Of a DNA stretch of 64,000 bases, positions 1-14,000 are shown one piece after another. A program made the position numbers and the translations under genes. The DNA is taken from positions 3,720,001 to 3,784,000 of the forward strand of contig CATNEN010000002.1 in assembly GCA_950097015.1 (NCBI GenBank), read 5' to 3'. The notes beneath the pieces are model-generated. The model saw only the letters and a program-made list of their open reading frames with translations. It ran no database searches and was not told the DNA's origin. This stretch comes from Macrostomum hystrix. Its lineage: Eukaryota; Animalia; Platyhelminthes. Position 1 is the first letter of the stretch; the number at the start of each line of letters is the position of its first letter.

Positions 1-1107
1 CGGAACAGGCACTCCAGGCCGTATCTGCGGTGTGGGGTTGGCACTTTAGCGGCTAGTTCCTTTGATGTTTTCTATTGATCAACTGCGGCTAGTTCCTTTG
101 ATAGATTATATTAATTAACTGCGGCTAGTTCCTTTTATATATTCTATTAATTGACTGCGGCTAATTCCTTTGATGTTTTCTGTAGATCAACTGCGGCTAG
201 TTCCTTTGATGTTCTCTATTAATCAACTGCGGCTAGTTCCTTTTATATATTCTATTAATTGACTGCGGCTAATTCCTTTGATGTTTTCTGTAGATCAACT
301 GCGGCTAGTTCCTTTGATAGATTCTATTAATTAACTGCGGCTAGTCCCTTTTATATATTCTATTATTTGACTGCGGCTAATTCCTTTGATGTTTTCTGTA
401 GATCAACTGCGGCTAGTTCCTTTGATGTTCTCTATTAATCAACTGCGGCTAGTTCCTTTTATATATTCTATTAATTAACTGCGGCTAATTCCTTTGATGT
501 TTTTTGATAGACTGCGGCTGGCTCTATTGATCTAGTGGCTAGCTGCAGCTATTAAATTTATTTAGTTAAAAAAACTGAAATAGACTGCTCAAAACACACG
601 CAGCTCACCTGTGACCATTAGCCGCATCCTCATTGGCCAGCTGTTTAAACTCGTTGTACATCTTCCAATTGAAATTGTCGCGCAAAAAGAATGACCAGAA
701 CCGGTACAGAGTGTTCATTTCCTGCGACTGGCCGGGACCTTGAATTTCTCGATCTAAAAAATCAGTTTTTATGCTTGTTTATTTACTCTACTGGTAGTAG
801 TTTAAATAGAAAAGAAATAGCAAAAAGTAAGAAATTGACACCTACCGCGCAGACAACGCCGGTGATAATGATTATAATCAACAAAATTGAATCCGTGTTC
901 TTGCAGCAGGGTGTAGGACGGATGAGTATAGTTGGACTGCGGCTGCTGCTGTTGCTGCTGAGCAGGCTGCAGAACTGGCAGATTTCCCGGCAGAAAGTCG
1001 CCCAAGCAGAAGCTGCTGCTGGTGCTGGATGTTCGCGATCTAGACCGAATGCGGTGCTCTCTGACGTCGAACATGTAGCCGATGCTTTGCTCTTCCGGAC
1101 GCTGCGA

Positions 1108-1139
<32 letters not shown>

Positions 1140-4100
1140 GCATCTTGACAGCAACCGAAGTGTAGGCCGGGTAGAACCGACCCTTGCCAGCTAGCGACGA
1201 AGACGACGGCGGTGGCGGCGGTGGTGGAGGCGGCGGCGCCTTCTGATCTTCGGACTGCGGCTGCTGACTATCAGAGCTCCGTCGAGCCCTCAGAGTCTCC
1301 TCTGAGACCAGCTGCACCTGCTGCATACCCGACACTGCGGCCTCCTCGTCCAGCTGCTGCTGGCGCCAGATCGCGGCCTCGTACTCGGCCAGACCGTCGC
1401 CGATCTGCCTGGCCAGCTCCTGGGTCATCCGGCCGGGCCGGTGCTGGCTGTGGTGCGGCCTATCGCCTCCGGGATGCTTGGCCAAGGTGCGCAGAGACAC
1501 ACCTGCTGGGGCCACCACGATCAGCCTGTTGATATCCGCCTCGGACAGGTCGTCTTCTGTTGTTGAAATGGCTCGGACCCTGGTACGCCTGGCGCCTCCA
1601 TGATGCTGCAGATGCTGCTGGCTGGAAGCGGAGGCGGCTCCCGCGTGCTCACTGGCAAACTCAAAGTCCAGCTCGTCGTCGGCAGGTGGCGGCTGAGCAG
1701 CTCCTTGAGCAGTCGATGAGTTTGCTGAGGCTGATACCGACGGAGCGGCGCCAGCTGCCGCCGCCGGAGAGTCGCTGATGGAGTTCGAGCTGTTGCGAGA
1801 CGTTCTTGGCCGGCGGAACACTTCGTGCCAGCGGTCTGCGAAAAAAGTGAGGCGGACTAATTAAGGCCGCTGACATTAATTCTAATTAAAGCGGGTGTCG
1901 ATTTACAGTGCAACGTGTTCTAATAATTACTTTGTAGGTTCAGCTATACAGATGGACAGATATACATGTGCTAGGGTTATAAAGAATAACTGTGGATTGG
2001 GGTGGTGGGTTTACTGGAAGGCAGAATGTACATTGGGGTGGTGGGTTTAATGGAAGGCAGAATGTACTTTGGGGTGGTGGGTTTAATGGAAGGCAGAATG
2101 TACATTGGGGTGGTGGGTTTAATGGAAGGCAGAATGTACATTGGGGTGGTGGGTTTATTGGAAGTCAGAATGTACATTCGGGTGGTGAGTTTATTGGAAG
2201 GCGGAATGTACTTTGGGGTGGTGGGTTTATTGGAAGGCAGAATGTATATTGGGGTGGTGGGTTACAAATGAAAGAGAGATTGTAAGAGGGTGGTAGTTTA
2301 CACCAGGAAAGGGAGAATGTATATTGGGGCGATAGGTTTCACGGGAAAGTTAGAATGTACATTGGGGAGGAAGGAGGTAACACAGGAAAGGCAGAATGTA
2401 CATTGGGGTGGTGGGTAAAACACAAGCAGAAGTGTCATAAACTGCATATTCAAATAGTATCAGTGCAAATTAGACTGTCGAAATGAACAGCAAACAATCA
2501 TATGATCACCAAGCTATTCTTTATATGAATATACACAGAAATAATTTTCAATTTTGATTTATAGATCGCCAATACAGGCCCAGAATACACCTGAGCACTA
2601 TTAACGAAGCATTGATTTTTTATTATTTTACAAATGCATACGCATAAAGCATAAGACAAATGAACACCACAAAAAGCCACCCGGGCACAGAGAACTCCCT
2701 AAGGCCGTACCATCAACACTGGCCGACTTGGCTGACAAAGCGAACACTTCGTCATTAATAGCGAATTCGTCTGCGATTGTACAGGGACGGACGGGCTAAA
2801 CACAATGCTTGAACCATTCTTATATCTCGGCTGGTTGCAAAGTAAAAGAACATTTTTCACAGCGGAATAACTGTGAGCAACGGTTAGCAACCACAGAACT
2901 AATATTTTAAAGCAGATTTCAAGTTCCCACAGGCGGTGCAGCCAAAGTTCTGGACTGCCAAGTCACACTGGAGCTGTTTTAGTCAGACATTTTTTTCCAA
3001 TATTGCAAATCCAATGTCGGATAATATATGGGAAAGCAAATAGAACTGATTCTAATACTAAAGCCAGAACCCAACCTCCAATAAAGCTGCTAAGCTTATG
3101 CGTCAAACGCCTGTCAAAATTTTATAACTCAAGGCCAAACCCAGAGTCATGGGTAAAAGAAAAGACAAAACAAACACAATGTCTGAATTGGGATCTGGAA
3201 AAAATTGGGTTTCTGAGTAAAGGATCTTGATATAATTCGGTTCTTAGTAGAGGATCTTGAAATAATTCGGTTCTGAGTAGAGGATCTGGGAAGCATTCGG
3301 TTTTGAATTGAGGATCTGGGAAGAATTTGAGGATCTGGGAAGAACTTGAGGATCTGGGAAGAATTTGAGGATCTAGGAAGAATTTGAGGATCTAGGAAGA
3401 ATTCAAGTATTTGGGAAGAATTTGGGGATCTGGGAAGAATTTGGGGATCTCGGAAGAATTTGGGGATCTGGAAAGAATTTGGGGATCTGGGAAGAATTTG
3501 AGGATCTAGGAAGAATTTGAGGATCTGGGAAGAATTTGAGGATCTGGGAAGAATTTAAGGATCTAGGAAGAATTCAAGTATTTGGGAAGAATTTGGGGAC
3601 CTGGGAAGAATTTGGGGATCTGGTAAGAATTTGGGAATCTGGTAAGAATTTGAGGATCTGTAAAGAATTTGAGGATCTGGGAAGAATTTGAGGATCTGGG
3701 AAGAATTTGAGGATCTGGGAAGAATTTGGGGATCTGGGAATAATTTGAGGATCTGGGAAGAATTTGAGGATATAGGAAGAATTTGAGGATCTAGGAAGAA
3801 TTCAAGTATTTGGGAAGAATTTGGGGATCTGGGAAGAATTTGGGGATCTAGAAAGAATTTGGGGATCTGGGAAGAATTTGAGGATATGGGAAGAATTTGA
3901 GGATCTGGAAGGAATTTGAGGATCTGGGAAGAATTTGAGATCTTACTTCCTGCAGGTCCCGAAGTGCGTGGCACAAACTCGGGAGCGTCAATGTTCAGCA
4001 GTTGATTGGTGTCATTGTGGTAGAAGCTGCGGTCCTTTAGTCCGGCTGTGCCACCCTCGTAGGTGTCGAGATCGATAGGCCACAGGGTGGGATTCACTCG

Positions 4101-7100
4101 GCGTCGAACCCTGGTGCGATCCGGGCTGAGGTCCAGCTGGTCGCTTTTCTCTAAGGCGGCTGCAAAAAGGGGAAAATATTAAAGAAGATGTTTTTAATGT
4201 GATTTGGGAGAAACGTATTTTTTTAGTTTGATTTCGGAAAATGAGGATTTTTTGGGATTTATTAAACGGGGATTTTGATTAAGTGGTTTCCTAGGAAGAC
4301 TACGGCGAGTATTTCATTCACCATTTTCTTTTCAATTTCTTTCTCTTCCTAATTATTCCTTATTTATTCTAAATTTATTAAATTTATAAAGTTATGAACT
4401 AAATAAAAGTTCATTCCTTTTGGGAGCTATCGTGACGTAGGCAATGAGTATTTGAAATTTGAACTCTGTGAAAACTCTATTGATCCAATTTACCAAGCAC
4501 ATCCTCAGGATTGCCATTGCACAGGTAGTTGACCCTGTTGAAGCCGGCCAGGGTCTGGAGGCTCACATAGCCCTCCTTGTCCATGATGCTGCGTAGGAAC
4601 AGGTCGTGATTCAAATTATCGTCTGAGAAGTAGAACTCAATCTGACGACGAATCTGCTCGAAGACGACTTCGCACACAGCGTCGCTGTCGAAGTTCTCCG
4701 GATAATAGTACAGGCCGTTAACAACAACGGAGCGGGCACCGGTGACGGGGTCAACCAGCTCTCCCATTGGCAGCATGTGGTCCTGCATTTGGCCCATAGA
4801 ACCGCCCGAGTAGATGAGGGCCATGCCTTCTGCGAAATTCGAGTGGGAAAAGTTTGCGATTGAGAAAAAAATAACAACGAAACACGACAGCTTTGCCTGC
4901 ATAGCAACCGGAATTTCCCTTAGATACACAATTTTACTTTCCGTTAAATAAATGTAAAGTTTTAGATTATCAGCACAAAGATTTGAGAATTTCCCGAATA
5001 TACTAACAGAGGATTATAAAAGTTTGCCACATGAGGCTAAGAAATGTAAGACCATAGCAACTAGGATTTTCCCTAGATACAGATGAGGCTAAGAAATGTA
5101 AGACCCTAGCAACTAGGATTTACCCAAGATATGGGTGAGGCTAAGAAATGAAGGCACATAGCAACGGGGGTTTCCACTAGATACAGATGAGGCAAAAAAA
5201 CGAAAGCACATAGCAACTAGGATTTTCCCTAGTTACGGATGACGCTAAGAATTATAAGACCATAGCAACTAGGATTTACCCTAGATACGGCTAAGAAACG
5301 TAAGTCCATAGCAACCAAGGACTTGCTATGGACTTGTCATTAAATACAAATGAAGCTTCTACTCGTGAAAAAGAAAAGTATGGAACATTTTTAGACATTT
5401 TTCTCTGACGGGTTAAAACCATGTGTATATATATATATACCCGTAGACTAGTCTAAAGAATGTCAAACAAGAAAATAAATACAAATGAATAAGAATATAT
5501 CTCTTTCCAGTGCGCAATTCATTATTCACTTACCGTTTGCTATACAACTGTGTGGGCAATCTGACAATCCCCTTCAAGCGTACCCAATAGGTATTGATAG
5601 ATTTTTATACACAAAAATTTTCTAATTTCTCTACAGCGGGTAGGGAAAAAATCGATAAAAAAGAGAGAGGCTTTAGGAAGAAGTGACCTGTTCAAAAGCT
5701 AATTTCACCACTGCACAAAAGTATATAAGTACTGAGCTAGGGGGACGAAAATGTAAACAAGGGAGAAATATAGTTTGGAATAGGCGCGCTTCGAATGAGA
5801 AAACTGAGAATTAAACTAATAAGTTAAATAGTAGGAAAGTTATTAACTTTAACTGCAGTGTGGCATACACCTCTCTTAAGGGTAAATTAGCGAATTAGAT
5901 TAGGGCGCGAAGGGTGACTTTGTAAATCACAAATAAACCCTACGTCAGATTGCTTTTCATAAATTATGCTACAATCATTTCATCTGTCATAAATTATCTT
6001 AAGGATATTTCGTACGCTAACATTAACCAACGGTCATTTCGTACATAATAAATTATCCAAGGGTTACTTGGATAAAGGGTTACTTACATCATAATTGATC
6101 TTATCGTAATTTTGCACATTATAAATAATCAAAGGGTCATTTACTGCATCATACATTATCCAATAGTCTATTAGTACATCATGCATTATCCAATAGTCTA
6201 TTAGTACATCATACATCCAATAGTATATTAGTACATCATACATTATCCAATAGTCTATAGTCTATAAGTACATTATACATTATCCAATAGTCTCTATGTA
6301 CATCATACATTATCCAATAGTCTATTAGTACATCATACATTATCCAATGGTCATTTCCTACTTCATACATTACCAAATGGTCATTTCCTACATCATACAT
6401 TATCCAATGGTCATTTCCTACTTCATATATTATCCAATGGTCATTTCCTACTTCATACATTACCAAATGGTCATTTCCTACATCGTACATTATCCAATGG
6501 TCATTTCCTACTTCATACATTATCCAATGGTCATTTCCTACTTCATACATTATCCAATGGTCATTTCCTACTTCATACATTATCCAATGGTCATTTCCTA
6601 CATCATACATTATCCAATGGTCATTTCCTACTTCATACATTATCCAATGGTCATTTCCTACTTCATACATTATCCAATGGTCATTTCCTACTTCATATAT
6701 TATCCAATGGTCATTTCCTACTTCATACATTATCCAATGGTCATTTCCTACTTCATATATTATCCAATGGTCATTTCCTACATCATACATTATCCAATGG
6801 TCATTTCCTACTTCATACATTATCCAATGGTCATTTCCTACTTCATACATTATCCAATGGTCATTTCCTACTTCATACATTATCCAATGGTCATTTCCTA
6901 CTTCATACATTATCCAATGGTCATTTCCTACTTCATACATTATCCAATGGTCATTTCCTACTTCATACATTATCCAATGGTCATTTCCTACTTCATACAT
7001 TATCCAATGGTCATTTCCTACTTCATATATTATCCAATGGTCATTTCCTACATCATACGTTATCCAATGGTCATTTCCTACATCATACGTTATCCAATGG

Positions 7101-8060
7101 TCATTTCCTACATCATACATTACCAAATGGTCATTTATTAATTCATAAATTACCCCGGGGTTATTTTGTCCGTCAAAATTTGGTCCTAGTGTCATTTAGT
7201 AAGGCACAAAATTAGACAAAAAGTCGCTTGATTGATAGACTGTATGATTTCTCGTCCATACTGGAATTAGAGGTTAAATATGTAAGGCTGACTAACAAAA
7301 AGACATTATATTATACACTTTTACAAACGTGTGAACACACTATAAATCTACAAAAAAACTAAACAACGACTCAGCTACCGGAAGCAACTAGATCAGAGAC
7401 CCTAATACTCTAGGTACAGTAAATCAATACACAAATACACATAGAAACAATGAGTTCGCATCCGGAGTATGGGAAAATCGTTTGAAATAAACATTTTCCC
7501 ACCCATTTTCGATACTGAATTTAGCGGCTTAACTTAAAAACGCTGAACTAGGATCAATACTTAACATTTACTATATGAAAAATATGGACTAGCCTTTAAA
7601 TGAATAAATAAATAAATATATATATGAATTATAAAAGTTAGGAGCTAATACACAAAAATCTTTTTTAAAAATGCCTACCCTAAATAGACAAAAGAGCGAA
7701 TATTCAGAAATTTAATAATAAAACCGATCATTGTTAATAAGTTCGTTCAAACAGCTCAAGCACAGACGGACAAGCAACTAAAGATTGAAATATATGCAGA
7801 AACACAACTACAAAAATGAATACGAACAGAAAACACAAGAACAGGCAAGAATAAACAAACAGACAGACAGGCAGACAGACAGACAGACGGATAGGAAGAC
7901 AGACAGACAGGCAGACAGAGAGGCAGACAGACAAACAGACAGACAGGCAGACAGACAGACAGACGGATAGGAAGACAGACAGACAGGCAGACAGAGAGGC
8001 AGACAGACAAACAGACAGACAGGCAGACCGACAGTCAGACAGACAGGCAGGCAGACAGGC

Positions 8061-8097
<37 letters not shown>

Positions 8098-8496
8098 GGC
8101 AGACAGACAGACAGACGGATAGGAAGACAGACAGACAGGCAGACAGAGAGGCAGACAGACAAACAGACAGACAGGCAGACAGACAGACAGACGGATAGGA
8201 AGACAGACAGACAGGCAGACAGAGAGGCAGACAGACAAACAGACAGACAGGCAGACCGACAGTCAGACAGACAGGCAGGCAGACAGGCAGACAAACAGAC
8301 AGACAGGCAGACAGACAGACAGACGGATAGGAAGACAGACAGACAGGCAGACAGAGAGGCAGACAGACAAACAGACAGACAGGCAGACAGACAGACAGAC
8401 GGATAGGAAGACAGACAGACAGGCAGACAGAGAGGCAGACAGACAAACAGACAGACAGGCAGACCGACAGTCAGACAGACAGGCAGGCAGACAGGC

Positions 8497-8537
<41 letters not shown>

Positions 8538-8568
8538 GGCAGACAGACCGACAGACAGACAGACAGGA

Positions 8569-8605
<37 letters not shown>

Positions 8606-11083
8606 GGCAGGCAGGCAGACAGACAGACCGACAGACAGACAGACAGTAGACAGACAGACAGACAGGAAGACAGACAGTAGACAGGCAGACAGACAAGCAA
8701 GCAGTTCAGGCAGGCTCAGAAATCGCAGGGGTCTCACCAGTGATGACGCTGTCAGAGACAGTTGCTAACAGGGCGGGATTATAGCTGGCATCTCGGTGGC
8801 TGCCAATCGCCATCGGCCGCTGCCCCGGCTGCTGCTGCTGCTGCTGCTGCCGAGGAGGCGGGGGCGGCAGCAGCGGCTGGGGCTGCGGCGGCGGGTTAGC
8901 GAAGGCGGGCAAAGTCTGGTCATCATAATACGGCAAGCAATAATAAGGATTATCGTCCTGCTTTTGACCATTGCTGATTGAAGAGGCCTGGGCCACTAGC
9001 TGCTGCTGCTGATGCGGCCGTCGGTTGCCAATGTGGTGCGGCGCGTTGTTCGAGCCTGGGTTCCGAGCAGTTTGTTAATAAAATTGGGGGTAAAAGTGAG
9101 TCGTTTTGCGAGAAGCAGCTGAGTGAAAGACAGGAAGGAGATAACAATGAAATTCCATTTCCGAAGCACAAAAAGCACACGAAAGCAGGGGTAAAAATCA
9201 TTTCTTCCCAATTTGTTAAAAATTTCGAGTCACCAAAATTTAAATAAGGATAGAGTCAAGCGATTAGATCAATTTAGACACCTAGAAATAAATCGATCCC
9301 AAATTTAAAATCCTCGGCCACTGATATTAAGTTTTCTATAATCCATAGTATAAAAACAATACAAAAAACACTCTACTAACTCCAGGCCTAAACGAAATTA
9401 AAAAACAAACCCTAACACCACAATTTAGGCCAAATATATTAACAACGCAAAAATGACAGACATTAAATTTTTTTTAAACAAATGTTCCTACTATTTAAAT
9501 ATTTTCACGTCTAAAAAACAATACTGTAGAAATATAATACTTCCTGGAATTCAATACACACTCTAAACAGTTTAGACAGCTATTTTGACAGTTTAGTGAC
9601 AGCTCCATGACAGGTAGTTAAAATTGAAGTTCTGTTGAAATATATACTACTGGAATAGAGTGTACTAGTACAGTGTAATAGTAAAGTTTAAAGCTACAAA
9701 TGTGCTCATTTATTTAACGATATAAGAAACTATACTAGGCCATATAAAAACACAGTAAATCTAAAACAAAAAATGTTGAGTTTCCACCTAATCCACTACG
9801 ACAGTTTCTAATAGAGGATATTGCCTCATGAAAAAAAGTATTCCAGAAAACTGGAAATCAGGGGCGAAATTATTCTAATCGAAAATGGGAAATCCTAACT
9901 AAGGGGAAAACTCTCAATGAAAATCAGTCAAAATCAGACAGCGAAAAGTCTCCCTATGAAACAGTGACCTCCAATGGTAATAGGAAATCCCAATTTAGGA
10001 AATATTCCTAATGAAATACTGTAATCTCACAAACATGGGTTGTCTACTTTCTGAAAAATATGTACACCCTTTCTTTGCAAGAATTATATATTGTAAGACA
10101 AAGAAGTCGTATACCATGGAAATTGATAAAATAAAATGTTCTTAAAGTACGCATGAAAACCTTCAGATTGAGAACACGCGAAATTTCAGATGCAACAAAC
10201 ACACGAAGGCATGCTTAAGAAAGCGGCTCTGGGATTTCAAAATTGCAAAAATTTGAAATACCCCCGCAGATTATAGCAAAGCCGTCTCACCATAACGGGC
10301 CACATCCTGCTGATGCTGCACCCTGGACTGATGCTGGCCGCCGCCAGTAGACGTCATCCCGGGCTCGAATCTGCCGCGGCCGGAGCGAGCGAATCGCTTG
10401 AACGGTCTAGGACGATTGGCTCCGCCGCCGCCGCCGCCGTTGCCACCGCCGCGCCTGACACCAGCTGATGTCATTGGAGGCGGCGTTCGACTTCGCTGCT
10501 TCTGCTGCTGCTGGTGCTGGAAATTCTGCTGCTGCTGCTGCTGCTGCTGAGTCTGGTGCCCGCCGCGCCGACTAGCGGACTGAAGCGAGCGCGAGCGTCT
10601 CTGCTGCTCCTGGCGCTCATTGCCAGATCCGTCGAATTCTAGCGACATTCTCTCCCACGAAACTGGCTGCGAACGACTTGCAGATGAGGCCAGCTGCTGC
10701 TGCTGCTGCTGAGCAAGCTCTTTAGCATTGCCTGGCTGGCCAAGAGTGGGCCAATCGTCAGCGGCGCTATCGCTGGCCAATTTTTCGTCACCACTGGGGC
10801 CAACAGTGGCTCCAGACTTTGAGGAGTCATCGGCAAAAACCAGCTTCTTTTTGGCATGCTTTTCCTCTAGCTGCTGCTGCTGCTGCTGCTGCTGCTGATT
10901 TTCGGAGTCTTTTTTCAGCACTGAAGGACCCGGTTCAGCTGTGGCTATGACATTCTTTAGCCACGGATTCTCTTTAGGTGGAGGTGCATCCACTAAGCTG
11001 GTGTTGGTTGAATGCTGCTGCTGTTGCTGCTGGGGTGGCGAGCTAACAGCTGTTGCTACTATCTGCGCCTGTTGATGCTCCAT
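1..11083 (-). CDS. LARP1: La-related protein 1 (La motif, PAM2, DM15), 3' end truncated by the window edge
   Basis: Exons joined in frame at GT-AG sites: 11083-10291, 9055-8738, 4829-4494, 4159-3947, 1835-846, 753-609, 24-<1. La motif: [43 protein letters not shown]...[30 protein letters not shown]2-like [13 protein letters not shown]15: [12 protein letters not shown]...[36 protein letters not shown]...RYGLECLFR. Boundaries of the low-complexity exon 2 are the least certain. Confidence 0.95.
45..520. repeat. 36-nt minisatellite with a 108-nt higher-order repeat (LARP1 intron)
   Basis: Unit ACTGCGGCTAGTTCCTTTGATGTTTTCTATTGATCA; the variant GCGGCTAG.TCC.TTTTATAT recurs at 121, 229, 337 and 445. 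Confidence 0.95.
1975..2420. repeat. 36-nt G-rich minisatellite (LARP1 intron)
   Basis: Unit GGGGTGGTGGGTTTAATGGAAGGCAGAATGTACATT, ~8 good copies, then degenerating. Confidence 0.95.
3190..3945. repeat. 19-nt minisatellite abutting a LARP1 splice donor
   Basis: Unit AGGATCTGGGAAGAATTTG; the array begins directly after the donor at 3946. Confidence 0.95.
4900..5320. repeat. 52-nt minisatellite (LARP1 intron)
   Basis: Unit TGAGGCTAAGAAATGTAAGACCATAGCAACTAGGATTTTCCCTAGATACAGA, period 52 (5031 to 5083). Confidence 0.9.
5970..7140. repeat. 30-nt minisatellite (LARP1 intron)
   Basis: Unit TATCCAATGGTCATTTCCTACTTCATACAT, near-perfect from ~6341 to 7135, with a degenerate left flank. Confidence 0.97.
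7855..8700. repeat. (ACAG)n compound microsatellite with higher-order structure (LARP1 intron)
   Basis: AGAC/AGGC tetramers with recurring landmarks GACGGATAGGAAG and GACCGACAGTCAG. Confidence 0.97.
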
Positions 11084-14000
11084 TTATTGAAGTGCTTTTC
11101 TGATGCTAACCAATATTGACTTGCTGTCTATTAGCTGGAGATTAACATGAACATCTAAATATAATAGGTTCTAGTATAGGTTCACTTTATTTTAGCTTTC
11201 CATTTTAAATTGTTCTTCATAGTTACATATAAGTTTAAAAGGCTTAAATTTTATAGTCAAAAAGGCTGATTACTTACTAGCTGGTATACTATAGGCCCTT
11301 TTAAGTTTACAGTTATAGGTCTTGTCTAGAACACTAAACAAGAAAATATTTTCAAAAATTTCTAAAGGCCTAAAAATAATTTTAAGATTGTCATGCATCA
11401 TAGGCCTGTTTGTAGGGCCTAAGACGAAAATGTAAAGGTTTAGACCCAATTTATGAATCTAGATGAAGATGAAGCAATGAAGTGGACTTGCTAAGCTAGA
11501 GGTTTAGTGTAGTTGAGGCTATCATGCTTTCTGGCATATCTTTGCATTTTTAGGCCCTCTATCCCCACACTGGTTGCTGGTATATTGTAAACAGCCTTAG
11601 AAATATAACTTATATTATAGGCCTAAGCAATGCACAAAAATCTTCACAAAAATCTACTTTAATTCATAATCATAAAGGCCTACCACCACATTGTCATATA
11701 ACATAACATAGTAATATTCATATGATAGGCTAATAAAGCCACATTAAATTGAAACTTAAAATGAGTTTTAAGGGCCTATGAACCATTTAATTTAAATAGG
11801 CCTTTTAAAGTCCAAAATCTAGGTGTGGTTAATGCTGTAGTAGGCCTATAGATAGGCACTAGACCCTAGCATATGATTGGCCCTATATAGGCCCTATAAT
11901 ATTCTTAAGTAAAAAAAGCAATGAGCTGAGCTAAGGCTAGGCCCTAGGCCTAGTCTACTTAGTTCTAGTTCTGGTAAGCCTAGTCTGCCCAGATAAGATC
12001 AAGGAAAATCCTCTCTCTGTTGTTATGTGCCCAAAGTGAAGGTCTGACTCTAGAGTCTAAGCCTAGGCCTATAGAAAGCCCAAGGACAATTGTAGGGCCT
12101 AATAATAATCATAAAAAATAAATAATATTATTACCACACAGACCGAAAGATAGGCCAAACTTAAAACAACATCACTTTATTTTACTTCAACTAGACCTAG
12201 CCTAGTTCAATTCAAAGTCTAGCAAGCTACACTTTTATACAAGTGAAAGAACTTAAAAGAAATTGGTATGCAAAGCAGTTGCAGAACTAAATCTGAACAC
12301 CAATGATTATCGTAATATGTATTATGATTTATGAACTACCTAGTACAATTATTTTTTAAGATATAAACTACCGTACTCAAGTAAGAGGGTAATCAGTAAG
12401 TAAGATTTGCAATAAGAAATTAACATCACAAACGGTTCTACCAGCAACGTGACTAATCAAGAACGTGACTTATCAAGAACGTGACTTAAAAAACGCAAGG
12501 TTGGTCAGTTTGAAAGCGAAAAGCAATCATTACGTAAGATCACTTAAAGAAAAGTGGAGAGAGAATAAGTTTTTTCTTGATCTATCGACAAGTAATGCAT
12601 ACTTTATCGGTATATATTTATCTGCTAAGAAGAGACTAGCTCCCAGCCAAAGTTTGAGTTGCCGCTTCGTTTGAGTGGTAACTAAAATGAGTTTGTGCAG
12701 TACTCACTCTTTTCTAGCTGTCCTATCTGCGTGGATTGTACATCAGGCTTGTTCTCCCCCCCTCGCTCATGATCTCCACTCTCGCTTATGATGTTGCGTA
12801 ACATTGTCTGGTTGAAGAGTCAAGTATTTATTGGTCAGCTTGCATAGCTAGTTGATTCGTTATTATTGCTCATTACAGTAAATAATAGTCTACTTGAAGT
12901 CGCTGTCCTCGGAATGACATCCTTGCCTAAAATGTAACCTAATATGTTACCTGCCTACATTTGTAGTGTATAAGAACGTAAGCCAGGGCATGTCGTATAG
13001 CATTCACAGTTTGAATGATTCGAAACTTTATAGCAGGGCAGGTTCGGCATCATATGAAAAATGAGAGGAGACAAGAAATTGTTTTTATAGGAAACAGAAA
13101 CATCTGGTTGGCGAGCCAAGAGTTTTTCCGACTCTAATTTCAAGCAGTATAGTTTTTAAGCCTTACAGCTTGTCAACCAAAGTTCAAAGGATACGCCGCC
13201 TTGCTGAGGCAGTCTCATTGGACGTCTCAAATCAATGACGTGTTCATTCTAGGCATGCAAAATGCTGCAAATATAGTACGTTCAATTCCTATAAGGACTT
13301 GATTATAATAAATTTGCAGCTTTTTATAATAAAATAAAAAAACGAAGCCTTGTTGGCTAATATAAAATGACAACATTTTAATGGTTATACCAACATGGAA
13401 AATAACATTAACAAGCATCTTATTAACACAAACATCATATTTTATTAAGGTAACTCATCCATATAAGGTAAAAAAATATTACAACAGCAAGAGTACATAC
13501 ATGTAAGTATTGGTTAAACAAACAAGCTAACTAATTTAAACGCAAAAGCGTTGATTCAGGTTTTCGCTTTCATGACGACAGAAATCTATGCTGTAATTAG
13601 TAGCCCATTTATGAACTCCTACATGTCATAATGTACCCAAATGTTAAGTAAAAGTATGTAAAGATAAAACAAAAATGCTCGCTTTGGTGAGAAAAAAAAC
13701 AAAACTCTAAATCTTTTTTTGAATTTCACATGTTTCACAGGCCAGGTACTTCAGTAAATAGCTGCTAGTCTATTTTATACACTACAGCACGGGCAAACAT
13801 CGCACTGATTGATATGAAAAAGCAGTTAAAGCGGCTGATATTTAAATCAGAATAAAGACAATTAACATAGCAGCAGAACAGATTTGTTGCTAATAACACT
13901 GGGATTGTTACACTGAGATGCGAACAAAAATAGAAGTCTTGAAATTAAAAACGTATCACACTATATAGGTTTTTTAATGTGCTTTTTAAACCAAATTTAC

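Noticed and set aside
1212-1778. Plus-strand ORFs overlapping GC-rich exons (also 15225-15752, 27584-27922, 29365-29799)
   Set aside because: Antisense shadows of GC-rich coding exons with no independent motifs.
3555-3946. Repeat-encoded C-terminal extension of the LARP1 exon ([17 protein letters not shown]...)
   Set aside because: It lies after a consensus donor (A|GTAAGA) whose phase matches the next exon, so it is intronic 19-nt repeat.
6236-7195. 319-aa ORF of ([10 protein letters not shown])n, and the 264-aa ORF on the opposite strand
   Set aside because: A by-product of a 30-nt intronic minisatellite whose unit is a multiple of 3 and lacks stops in those frames. There are no splice signals linking it to LARP1.
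7734-8700. Cys/Leu/Ser/Val-rich ORFs (also 21364-22325 and 23059-23412)
   Set aside because: These are translations of (CTGT)n, 10-nt and 23-nt repeats inside introns defined by in-frame exon joins.
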